Position numbers and translations under genes: made by a program. Below, piece by piece: positions 54,282 to 62,939 of a stretch of 64,000 nucleotides of DNA. The number at the start of each line of letters is the position of its first letter. The first letter of the stretch is position 1. This DNA is from an uncultured Chloroflexia bacterium (GTDB taxonomy: Bacteria; Chloroflexota; Limnocylindria; Limnocylindrales; CSP1-4). Location of the stretch: the NCBI GenBank assembly GCA_963763775.1, contig CAVXPZ010000001.1:288001-352000 (forward strand). Reading direction: 5' to 3'. The notes beneath the pieces were generated by a model. That model was not told where the DNA came from and did not search any database. It saw only the letters and a list, made by a program, of their open reading frames with translations.

Positions 54282-54857
54282 GCCTCCGGAGGCCTCGGCG
54301 ATCCGCCGGACCTCCTGGACGGCCGAGAGCTTCTCGTGGAAGTCCGCGCGGATGGCGTTGACCTGGGCGGGCTCCAGGTCGAGCTCGCGGGCGATCTCGT
54401 TGACCTCGTTGGCCTCCTCGGCCGAGATGGTCCCGTTGGCGGCCGCGATGGCGAAACAGGCGCGCAGCACGTCGAGCCGCTGCGCCTCGGTGGCGAGCTT
54501 GCGGAACTCGCGGACGACCACGTAATCCTCGGTCGCCCCGACGGTCTTCGCCTGGAGCTTGGCCATCTCGGTGACCAGCACGGCCGTGGCCTCGTCGATG
54601 CTGCTCTCCGACTGGAGGGCCGTCTCGATCGCCGCCGTCTCGTCGTCGCTGATGTCGAGGTCGGCGTTCGCGGCTCGGGCCAGCGTGTACGCAGCGGCCG
54701 CGATGAACCGCGCCTGCTCGGGCGGCATGGCCTCGAGCTTGGCCACGATCCGGCGGACGGTGGCCGTGTCGCCCGCGGCGATCGCGGCATCCGGGGCCGG
54801 TGCGGCCGGAGCCGCAGGGGCCGGGGCAGGCTTGGAGTCGAAGAATCGGTGGAACAT
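54270..54857 (-). CDS. TerB-family protein
   Basis: ANADLDISDDE and IAAANGTISAEE repeated motifs. Confidence 0.75.
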   Translation of the reverse strand: MFHRFFDSKPAPAPAAPAAPAPDAAIAAGDTATVRRIVAKLEAMPPEQARFIAAAAYTLARAANADLDISDDETAAIETALQSESSIDEATAVLVTEMAKLQAKTVGATEDYVVVREFRKLATEAQRLDVLRACFAIAAANGTISAEEANEVNEIARELDLEPAQVNAIRADFHEKLSAVQEVRRIAEASGGSGA

Positions 54858-54946
54858 GGAGCCCTCGGGGTCGGTGATGGGATGTCACGCGGAGGATGTC
54901 ACACGTCGCCGAGGCACGTCGGCGAGGCTGGCGCCGGAGGCTCGCG

Positions 54947-55390
54947 TCAGCGGCGCATCAGGCTGGACACCTCCGGCTCGGGTCCACGCCAGCGCTCGAT
55001 CTCCTCGGTCGCGAAGCGCCCGTAGTGGTTGATGAAATGCCCGCGCCGTGCACGCAAGATGTCGGCGACAGCCCGGGTCGGCCGTTCGCCGCGCACTCTG
55101 ACCATCAGGACCGCGCCGCCGCGTCGGACGGCGCCCTCGTACCAGGCGAAGTCGGGCAGCTGGTCCATCACGGTGAACGAGACGAGGCGCCGCAGCTTGC
55201 TGACGGGGCCGTTGGCCGCGCCGGAGCCGTCGAGCCGGTCCGCGCCCTCGCTGCCGCGGAGGATCGTGATGTCCCCGTCCGGGGTCCCGGTCGCCCGCAG
55301 GGCCGCCGCCGCCGCAGCGGCATCCGCGGGGTCGTCGAACGCGGCGAGCATCCGGTCGACCGGGTAGCCGATGAATCGGGCCTGGGTCAT
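54947..55390 (-). CDS. Hypothetical protein
   Basis: MTQARFIGYP...GHFINHYG; ATGA overlap with the upstream gene; TACGAT 7 nt upstream. Confidence 0.7.
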   Translation of the reverse strand: MTQARFIGYPVDRMLAAFDDPADAAAAAAALRATGTPDGDITILRGSEGADRLDGSGAANGPVSKLRRLVSFTVMDQLPDFAWYEGAVRRGGAVLMVRVRGERPTRAVADILRARRGHFINHYGRFATEEIERWRGPEPEVSSLMRR

Positions 55391-56172
55391 GTCCTCGATC
55401 GTACCGCCGCGGGTCGCGGGACGAGGCCGATGGGCAGGTGGATGGTCGGCAAGGGGCGGACGGGTCGCGTGCGGCCGGCCCAGGCGATGAGCGGCAGCGA
55501 CAGGAACGTCAGGCTCGCCACGCTGTAGGTCCAGTCCATCGGCGCGTGGCGGATGACCGCCGCCCACTCCAGCCACAAGGCCCCGAACACCATCGAGGAG
55601 AGCGCCACCAGGCCGGCCATCCACCACCAGTCGCGTCGTCCGACACCGACGAGCATCAGCGGCCAGAGGCTGGGCTTGATCACGATGAGCGGGGCCGCCC
55701 AGCCGAACCGGAGACCGACGGCGAGGATCGCCCACACCCACAGGTCCGAGTTGCCGAAGATCACCGCGATGTGGCCGCGCGGAAGGATCAGCAGCGCCGC
55801 CATCAGCGGCCACGTCCACGGCGCGGGGCGCCAGGACCAGACGGTCCAGGCGATGGCGACGGCGGGCAGCGCCCACCACAGCCACGCGGGCAGGATGAGG
55901 AACGGCGTCAGCAGCAGCAGCGTCGTCGGGGGGTGCAGGAACGTGTGCGGGCCCGGCGTGAACGGCCCGGCGATCTCCGTCTCGAGGTACGGGGAACCGG
56001 ACGTGATCCAGCGTCGCGTCGCCTCGAGGTATTGCGCGAAGTCCTGCCCGACGACCCCGAGCCGGACGGCCTCTCGCCACTCAGCCTGGACGACCAGGGC
56101 GGCCACGACGATGCAGGCCAGCGCGAGGCCAAGCGCGACGGGGCGGTACCAGCGGATCGCCGATGGGCGCAC
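55387..56172 (-). CDS. GT87/DUF2029-like membrane glycosyltransferase; start uncertain
   Basis: GQDFAQY...GSPY and FLHPP motifs; multiple TM segments. Confidence 0.6.
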   Translation of the reverse strand: MRPSAIRWYRPVALGLALACIVVAALVVQAEWREAVRLGVVGQDFAQYLEATRRWITSGSPYLETEIAGPFTPGPHTFLHPPTTLLLLTPFLILPAWLWWALPAVAIAWTVWSWRPAPWTWPLMAALLILPRGHIAVIFGNSDLWVWAILAVGLRFGWAAPLIVIKPSLWPLMLVGVGRRDWWWMAGLVALSSMVFGALWLEWAAVIRHAPMDWTYSVASLTFLSLPLIAWAGRTRPVRPLPTIHLPIGLVPRPAAVRSRT

Positions 56173-56312
56173 GACCAACTCCGCAGTGGCGTCCCCGGCA
56201 GGGCGGCCGGGGCGGGGCGGACATCCTACGCCAGTCCGGTGCGGTCGGGAATGGTCGGGTGCGGCCTGGTGATGCCGGCGAGCACCGCCGGTCGGGGACC
56301 GCGCGCGGCGGA

Positions 56313-56398
56313 TGGTCCCGGAGGAGGGAGTCGAACCCTCATGCCCTTGCGGGCGGCCGATTTTGAGTCGGCTGCGTATGCCATTCCGCCACTCCGGG
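56313..56398 (-). tRNA. tRNA-Leu(CAA)
   Basis: Acceptor CCCGGAG/CTCCGGG; anticodon arm gccga-ctCAAaa-tcggc; long variable arm; GGTTCGACT T loop; encoded CCA. Confidence 0.96.
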
Positions 56399-56510
56399 TG
56401 GGCCGCGGGCATCGTAGCGCCAGACGCGGCCCGGGATGGCGGCGAGCGTCGACCGATGTGCGCGCGGACGACCCGCGCGAGCCGACGACGCGGGAGTATC
56501 GTCCGCGTCG

Positions 56511-57116
56511 ATGGCCGACTTCTTCTTGCTGCTGTTCATCGCCGGGTACGTCCGCGGCGGCTGGTCGACCGGGTTCCTTCGCCGACTGATCGGTCTCGGC
56601 TACCTCGCCGCGTCGTTCGTCGTCGGTGCCTATCTTCGGGTGCCGATCGGCAACATCGTGTCCGGGTTCTTCCCGAAGATGCCGCCCGCCTATGCGGAGA
56701 TGGTGGGCTACTCGGTCGCCTTCGCGGTGCTGGTCGCCGCGCTCAACCTGATCACGGGTCCGGTCCTCAGGAACGTCGCGGTCGGCGGGGTGTCGCGGCG
56801 GCTCGACCAGGCACTCGGCGCCGTCCTCGGCGGGGTCGAGGCGATCCTGCTCATCTCGGTCGCGATCGTCATCCTCGACACGTACTTCGGGAAGGGCGGC
56901 GCGCTGGCGACCGATCCCGGCCTCGGGTTCCTCAAGGACCTCACGGTCGCGCTGGACAGCTCCACGATCGGTCAGGCGCTGATCAACACCACGGTCCCGT
57001 TCGTGCTGGCGATCCTCGGCCCGCTGCTGCCCAAGGATGTGAGCACGCTGGTTCCGACCGGTCTCCCGGGTGGCCTGCCGCCGGGCCTGCCCGTGGTGCC
57101 GCTCCCGACGTCCTAG
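56511..57116 (+). CDS. CvpA-family membrane protein
   Basis: GYVRGGWSTGF, LDQALGAVLG, DSSTIG; TM helices. Confidence 0.8.
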   Translation: MADFFLLLFIAGYVRGGWSTGFLRRLIGLGYLAASFVVGAYLRVPIGNIVSGFFPKMPPAYAEMVGYSVAFAVLVAALNLITGPVLRNVAVGGVSRRLDQALGAVLGGVEAILLISVAIVILDTYFGKGGALATDPGLGFLKDLTVALDSSTIGQALINTTVPFVLAILGPLLPKDVSTLVPTGLPGGLPPGLPVVPLPTS

Positions 57117-57123
57117 GTCGCCT

Positions 57124-57151
57124 CGGAACCGCCTGCAACGTCCCGGCGTCT
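57124..57151 (+). promoter_or_regulatory. ECF promoter CGGAACC-N16-CGTCT upstream of the sigma gene
   Basis: ggaacc 57125-57130 and cgtc 57147-57150; typical ECF -35 AAC and -10 CGT. Confidence 0.75.
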
Positions 57152-57163
57152 CGCCCGGGACCG

Positions 57164-57823
57164 ATGCTAGACTCGCCCAGCCTCAGAATCGCCGTCCGGA
57201 GGGACCCCCAAGCCGTGGAGGACCTTCGCTCGACGACGGTCTCCGACGACCCCGTCCAGCGCCGCGACCTCATCCTCCTCGAGCGAGCCCGCGACGGCGA
57301 CCTCGGGGCATTCAACGACCTCGTCGTGCTGTACCAGGACCAGCTGTTCGCCCTCGTCGTGCGGATGGTCCCCGACCGCGACCAGGCGTCCGACGCCGTC
57401 CAGGAAGCCTTCTTCTCGGCGTTCCGCAACCTGCGCTCGTTCCGTGGCGGCAGCGTCAAGGCGTGGCTCAATCGGATCTGCGTCAACGCGGCGATGGACA
57501 CGCAGCGAGCACGGAAGCGGCGGCCGGTCCAGCCATATCCGGAGCTCGACGACGAGAGCTGGCAGCCGCCCGCCGGCGTCGACGCCGACCCGGAGCGCAC
57601 CGCGGTCCTCACGGAGCGCACGAACATCCTTCGCCGCGCGCTCGCCCAGATCACCGACGACCAGCGGACGGCCATCGTCCTGTTCGATGTCGAGGGCTAC
57701 GACTACGCGGAGATCGCCGAGATGACCGGCGTCTCGCTCGGGACCGTGAAGTCTCGGATCCACCGAGGGCGGCTGGCCCTGCGGGACCTCCTCGAGGACC
57801 GGCTGGAGCTGTTCCGTGCGTGA
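57164..57823 (+). CDS. ECF sigma factor (SigE/SigW-like); alternative GTG start at 57215
   Basis: DAVQEAF, AWLNRI, YAEIAE..GTVKSRIHRGR. Confidence 0.92.
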   Translation: MLDSPSLRIAVRRDPQAVEDLRSTTVSDDPVQRRDLILLERARDGDLGAFNDLVVLYQDQLFALVVRMVPDRDQASDAVQEAFFSAFRNLRSFRGGSVKAWLNRICVNAAMDTQRARKRRPVQPYPELDDESWQPPAGVDADPERTAVLTERTNILRRALAQITDDQRTAIVLFDVEGYDYAEIAEMTGVSLGTVKSRIHRGRLALRDLLEDRLELFRA

Positions 57824-58943
57824 CGCGCACGAGGACCACGACCTCGCCCTCGTGGTCGCCTACGCGGACGACGAGCTCGGCGGCGACGACGCCGCGGCCG
57901 CGCTGACGCTGGTCGAGACGTGCCCGAGGTGCGCGTCGCTGGTCACCGATCTGCGCTCGCTGAGCGCGGCTGACAGGGCGATCGCCACCCCGCCGCGGCC
58001 ACGCGACTTCCGCCTCACGCCGGCAGATGCCGCACGGTTGACCGCCGCGGGACCGGAACCCGATGTCGCCGCAGGTCGTCTGACGGGTGCGATGACGGAC
58101 CTCAGCCCGGCCCACGGGACGCACGACCCTCTCCTGATCGCCGCGGCCGCGGACGGGTCGCTCGAGGACGCCGACCGGACCCGCGTCGACGATTGGCTCG
58201 CCGGCTGCTCGCCGTGCGCCGAGCTCCGCGCCGACCTCGTCGCCATCGCGGCCGCGAACCGGGCGATGCCCACGCCCCCGCGGCCCCGCGACTTCCAGCT
58301 GACGCCGGCCGACGCCCAGCGGGCGACCGGTCGGGGCTGGCGCGGGTTCGTCGCCAGGATCGGGACCGCCCGCGACGGGTTCTCGCGGCCGCTCGCCGCC
58401 GGCTTGACCGCGCTCGGGCTCGCGGGACTCCTGCTCTCGGGCGGAGGGTCGCTCCTCCCCAGCTCCTCATCCGGCGCCGCGGTCCTGTCGACGGTGGGCG
58501 CCGCGATCCCGCAGCCCGAATCGAAGGGCCTGGACGGCGCATCGGCCCCGGCCGCGGTCGACGATCCGAACGTGTTCTCGGGCAGCGCCGAAGGACCGGC
58601 TGCTGCCGCCCCGTCAGCCGCGGCCTCCGCCGCGCCGGCGAACCCCTTGTCCGGCGCGGCGCCCGCGCCGCAGCCGGATGGTCCCGGTCCCGTCGAGATG
58701 CAGAACAGCGGGTCCGGGTCGACCGACGCGTACGCGGCGGCCTCCGCGGCATCGTCCGCGGCCGCGGATGACGCCAGCCGGAACGGGGGCGCGTCGCCGT
58801 CGGACGCCACCCGGTCGCTGACCGTCGAGGCGCCTGCGGCCGAAGGGCCGCCCGCCGGCGTCCTGGTGTCGGTCGGACTGCTCCTCGCGGGGCTCGCCCT
58901 GTTCGCGTTCCGCTGGGCCGCTCGGCGCCGCGAGACCACCTAG
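57816..58943 (+). CDS. Membrane anti-sigma factor with duplicated zinc-binding domain
   Basis: Overlaps the sigma stop; two HxxH..CxxC..PRDFxLTPADA units; TM, Ala/Ser/Pro linker, C-terminal TM. Confidence 0.8.
   Translation: MRDAHEDHDLALVVAYADDELGGDDAAAALTLVETCPRCASLVTDLRSLSAADRAIATPPRPRDFRLTPADAARLTAAGPEPDVAAGRLTGAMTDLSPAHGTHDPLLIAAAADGSLEDADRTRVDDWLAGCSPCAELRADLVAIAAANRAMPTPPRPRDFQLTPADAQRATGRGWRGFVARIGTARDGFSRPLAAGLTALGLAGLLLSGGGSLLPSSSSGAAVLSTVGAAIPQPESKGLDGASAPAAVDDPNVFSGSAEGPAAAAPSAAASAAPANPLSGAAPAPQPDGPGPVEMQNSGSGSTDAYAAASAASSAAADDASRNGGASPSDATRSLTVEAPAAEGPPAGVLVSVGLLLAGLALFAFRWAARRRETT
58054..58081 (+). promoter_or_regulatory. Internal ECF promoter CGGAACC-N16-CGTCT within the anti-sigma gene
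   Basis: Same boxes and spacing as 57124-57151; in-frame ATG at 58092. Confidence 0.65.
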
Positions 58944-59028
58944 GCCTCGGACCGGGGCGGGTCCCGCGGGTACACTGGGACCTCCATCACCCCCGTCCCA
59001 CCCGCGGGACCGTTCCCGAGGCCTGCCG

Positions 59029-61902
59029 ATGGATCGCCTGATGCTGCTCGACGGCAACGGGCTCATCTACCGCGGATACTTCGCCCTCATCGAGCAGCCC
59101 CTCACGACGTCGAAGGGCGAGCTGGTGTCGGCCGTGTTCGGGTTCACGAACATCGTGCTGCGGGCGTTCCAGGACGTGGGCCCGAGCCACGTCGCGGTCG
59201 CCTTCGACCTCCCGGCGCCGACGTTCCGACACGAGCGCTACGCGGAGTACAAGGCCACTCGGACACGGATGCCCGACGAGATGCGCGAGCAGATCCCGAA
59301 GGTCCGTCGAGTGGTCGCGGCACTCGGGATCCCGGTCTACGAGCTGTCGGGCTTCGAGGCGGACGACGTCATCGCGACGCTCGTCGGCCAGGCGGAGGCC
59401 CGCGAGCTCGACACGACGATCCTGACGGGCGACCTCGACATGCTCCAGCTCGTCTCGGAGCGCACGAAGCTCCTCGTCTCGCTTCGCGGCGGCATCGCCA
59501 ACACGGTCGCCTACGACCTCGCGAGGATCGACGAGCGCTGGGGGCTCCGGCCGGACCAGATGCTCGACTACAAGGCCCTCAAGGGCGACCCCACGGACAA
59601 CATCCCGGGTGTGCCTGGCGTCGGGGAGAAGACCGCCGCCAAGGTCGTGGCGACCTACGGCACGCTTGACGCGATGTACGAGGCCATCGACGACCTCCAG
59701 CCGGAGAAGTTGCGCGCGAAGCTGATCGACGCGAAGGACGTCGTCATCGAAAGCCGCGAGCTGATGCGCCTCGTCCGAGACCTGCCGATCACGCTCGACC
59801 TGGACGCGGGGCGCGTCGGCGAGTACGACCGAGACGAGGTGATCCGGATCTTCCGCGAGTACGAATTCCGGACGCTGATCGACCGGCTGCCGCCGCTGCG
59901 AGGCGAGGCGCCCGACGAGGCTGCGGCCCGGCTGCGCGAGATCGGCGGCACGGTCGGGGCCGCCCGGGCGCCCGGCGCACGGCCGGCGACGCCACCACGG
60001 CCGCGGCCGAGCGGCGACGGGCTCCAGCTGAGCCTCGACTTCGACACCGTCGGCGGCGGCACGACGGCGTACGAGGACCGCCCCATCGTGCCGGTGGCCC
60101 AGGGCGACCTGCCCGGGGCGCTCGCTGCCGCGGTCGAGGATCCGCGACACCTGGAGGTCCGTGGCGCCGATCGGATCGACGCGGATGTCGAGGCCTGGAT
60201 CGCGACCCAGACCGACGTGGGGGTCGCGCTCGTCGCGTCCGACCCGCGACCGCGGATGGGGGAGCCGCTCGCGTTCGCGGTGGCCGGCACGGACGGCCGG
60301 ACCATCGTCGCCGAGACGCCCGAGGCCATCGAGCGGCTGCTGGGGCTGGTCGTCGCCAGCGGGGCGCGGCTGGTCGGGCACGAGGTGAAGTCGATCCTGA
60401 CCGCGCGGTTCGCCGCCGTGCCCGGATCCGCACCCCTGCCCGTCGCCTTCGACACGCAGATCGCGGCCTACGTGCTCAATGCCTCGCTCCGCAGCCAGGC
60501 CATCGCCGACGTCGTCGCGGAGCGGCTCGACATCCAGATGCCGCTCCCCAAGGACATCGACCCCACGACCCGGGCCGGCCTCGAAGCGCTGGCGGCCACG
60601 GCCGCCCGCCCGCCGCTCGAACAGGCCCTCGCCGACGCGGGTCTTGCCCGCCTCCTCACGGAGATCGAGCTCCCGCTCATCCCCGTCCTCGCGCGGATGG
60701 AGGCGACGGGCGTCGCGCTCGACCTCGACACGCTGGGCGCCCTCGACCGCGAGTTCGCGACCGAGATCGACCGGCTCGAGCGCACGATCTACGACGCCGT
60801 CGGCCACCAGTTCACGATCGGCTCGCCCAAGCAGCTCGGCGAGGTCCTGTTCGGCGAGCTCAAGCTGCCGTATGGCCGCAAGACCAAGACCGGGTACTCG
60901 ACCGACGCGACCGTGCTCGAGGAGCTGCGGACCGTCCACCCGGTCATCGAGCCCGTGCTCGACTGGCGGACGTACACGAAGCTGCGCTCGACGTACCTCG
61001 AAGCGCTGCCGGCCCTCATCGCCGCCGACGGCCGACTCCACACGACGTTCCACCAGGCCGTCGCCGCCACCGGGCGGCTGTCCTCGTCCGACCCGAACCT
61101 GCAGAACATCCCGATCCGGAGCGACCTCGGTCGGCGCATCCGGCGGGCGTTCGTGGCCGGCAGCCCGGAGCTCACTCTCGTCGCCGCCGACTACAGCCAG
61201 ATCGAGCTGCGCATCCTTGCGCACGTGTCGGGCGACGCCCACCTCAAGGACGCGTTCGCCCGCGAGGCGGACATCCACCGCGAGACCGCGGCCCTCGTCC
61301 TCCACAAGGCGCCCGAGGACGTGACCGCCGACGAGCGCTCCATGGCCAAGATGGTCAACTTCGGGATCGCGTACGGCATGAGCGACTTCGGGCTCTCGAC
61401 GCGGGCGGGGATCAGCCGCCAGGAGGCGCAGCAGTTCATCTCGAACTACTTCGCCACGTACTCGGGGATCAGCTACTACATGCTCCACATCAAGGACGTC
61501 GCGAAGCAGCAGGGGTACGTCACGACCCTCCTCGGCCGCAAGCGGTCGATCCCCGAGCTCGAATCGAAGATCCCGGCGCTCCGCGGCGCGGGCGAGCGCA
61601 TGGCGATCAACATGCCGATCCAGGGCACAGCCGCCGACATCATGAAGATCGCGATGATCCACGTCGCCGACCGGCTCGCCGCGACCGGGTCACCGGCGCG
61701 CACGCTCCTCCAGGTCCACGACGAGCTCCTGTTCGAAGTGCCGCGCGACGGCGTGGACGCGCTCGTCGCCTTGGTGCGCGAGACGATGGAATCCGCCCTG
61801 CCGCTCGACGTTCCCCTGACCGTCGACGTCAAGTCCGGCGACGATTGGGAGTCGATGCGACCGATCCCGCGCGGGAGCACCGCGGCCATCGCCAGGGCCT
61901 GA
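59029..61902 (+). CDS. polA: DNA polymerase I
   Basis: LLDGNGL, EADDVIATL, TGRLSSSDPNLQNIP, ADYSQIELR, AKMVNFG, LQVHDEL. Confidence 0.97.
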   Translation: MDRLMLLDGNGLIYRGYFALIEQPLTTSKGELVSAVFGFTNIVLRAFQDVGPSHVAVAFDLPAPTFRHERYAEYKATRTRMPDEMREQIPKVRRVVAALGIPVYELSGFEADDVIATLVGQAEARELDTTILTGDLDMLQLVSERTKLLVSLRGGIANTVAYDLARIDERWGLRPDQMLDYKALKGDPTDNIPGVPGVGEKTAAKVVATYGTLDAMYEAIDDLQPEKLRAKLIDAKDVVIESRELMRLVRDLPITLDLDAGRVGEYDRDEVIRIFREYEFRTLIDRLPPLRGEAPDEAAARLREIGGTVGAARAPGARPATPPRPRPSGDGLQLSLDFDTVGGGTTAYEDRPIVPVAQGDLPGALAAAVEDPRHLEVRGADRIDADVEAWIATQTDVGVALVASDPRPRMGEPLAFAVAGTDGRTIVAETPEAIERLLGLVVASGARLVGHEVKSILTARFAAVPGSAPLPVAFDTQIAAYVLNASLRSQAIADVVAERLDIQMPLPKDIDPTTRAGLEALAATAARPPLEQALADAGLARLLTEIELPLIPVLARMEATGVALDLDTLGALDREFATEIDRLERTIYDAVGHQFTIGSPKQLGEVLFGELKLPYGRKTKTGYSTDATVLEELRTVHPVIEPVLDWRTYTKLRSTYLEALPALIAADGRLHTTFHQAVAATGRLSSSDPNLQNIPIRSDLGRRIRRAFVAGSPELTLVAADYSQIELRILAHVSGDAHLKDAFAREADIHRETAALVLHKAPEDVTADERSMAKMVNFGIAYGMSDFGLSTRAGISRQEAQQFISNYFATYSGISYYMLHIKDVAKQQGYVTTLLGRKRSIPELESKIPALRGAGERMAINMPIQGTAADIMKIAMIHVADRLAATGSPARTLLQVHDELLFEVPRDGVDALVALVRETMESALPLDVPLTVDVKSGDDWESMRPIPRGSTAAIARA

Positions 61903-61913
61903 GGCGCGCGGAT

Positions 61914-62939
61914 ATGCCCGAGCTTCCTGAGGTCGAGACCGTCGCGCGCGACCTGCGACCCCACCTGGTCGGCGCGACGATCGTCGGCGCGCGCTGTTCC
62001 TGGGCCCGGACGCTCAGGACGCACACGCCTGAGGCGTTCGCGGAAGAGATCGCCGGCCGCCGGATCGAGTCGGTCGGGCGGCGCGCGAAGCAGCTCGTCT
62101 TCGAGCTGTCGGGCGACGCCGCGATGACCATCCACCTCAAGATGACCGGCCAGCTGTTCATCGTCCCTGCTGAGGCGGCGGAGGACCCCTACATCCGGCT
62201 CGTCCTCGAGCTCGCCGACGGCCGCGAGCTGCGCTTCCGCGACATCCGCAAGTTCGGCAAGGTCGGGCTCTATGGCCGCGACCCCGTCACCGGGGAGCTG
62301 GTCACCGAGGTCGGCGGCGGCGCCGTCTTCGCCGCCATCGGCCCCGAGCCGCTCGATCCGGCGTTCACGGTCCGCGAGTTCCGGCGGGGCCTGCGCCGTC
62401 GCAAGGGCCGGCTCAAGTCGCTGCTGCTCGACCAGTCGTTCATCGCCGGCGTGGGCAACATCTACGCGGACGAGGCGCTGTGGCTGTCGCGGCTGCACCC
62501 GCTCCGCTCGGCGAGGACCCTTCGGCCGCCCGACGAGCGACGGCTGTACCTCGCGATCCGCTCGATCCTCGCCGAGGCCGTCGAGCGCCGCGGTTCGTCC
62601 ATCGACGACTACACGGCGCCCGATGGCGACGGGGCGATGCAGGACCGGCTGGCCGTCTACCAGCGGACGGGCGAGCCGTGCCTCCGGTGCGGCCGCCCGC
62701 TGAAGCGCATCGTCGTCGGGGCGCGGAGCACGCACTTCTGCTCCTGGTGCCAGCGGCTCCCCGCGTCCGACCGCGCTGGCGCCCGGACCATCCTGCGCTC
62801 GATGACCGGCGGCCAGCGTCGCACCGGGCCACGCTGGAGCGAGCTGACGGACCGGACGAAGCGCGCCGCCGCGACGCGGCGAGCGGCGGCGCGGGCATCG
62901 TCCGGAGTTGCCGAGCCGGCCGTGAAGGGCCGGGCCTGA
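61914..62939 (+). CDS. mutM: Formamidopyrimidine-DNA glycosylase
   Basis: MPELPEVE, HLKMTG, GVGNIYADE, CLRC..CSWCQ zinc finger. Confidence 0.95.
   Translation: MPELPEVETVARDLRPHLVGATIVGARCSWARTLRTHTPEAFAEEIAGRRIESVGRRAKQLVFELSGDAAMTIHLKMTGQLFIVPAEAAEDPYIRLVLELADGRELRFRDIRKFGKVGLYGRDPVTGELVTEVGGGAVFAAIGPEPLDPAFTVREFRRGLRRRKGRLKSLLLDQSFIAGVGNIYADEALWLSRLHPLRSARTLRPPDERRLYLAIRSILAEAVERRGSSIDDYTAPDGDGAMQDRLAVYQRTGEPCLRCGRPLKRIVVGARSTHFCSWCQRLPASDRAGARTILRSMTGGQRRTGPRWSELTDRTKRAAATRRAAARASSGVAEPAVKGRA

Noticed and set aside
56230-56320. tRNA-anchored island
   Set aside because: No duplicate of the tRNA 3' end and no integrase seen in the window
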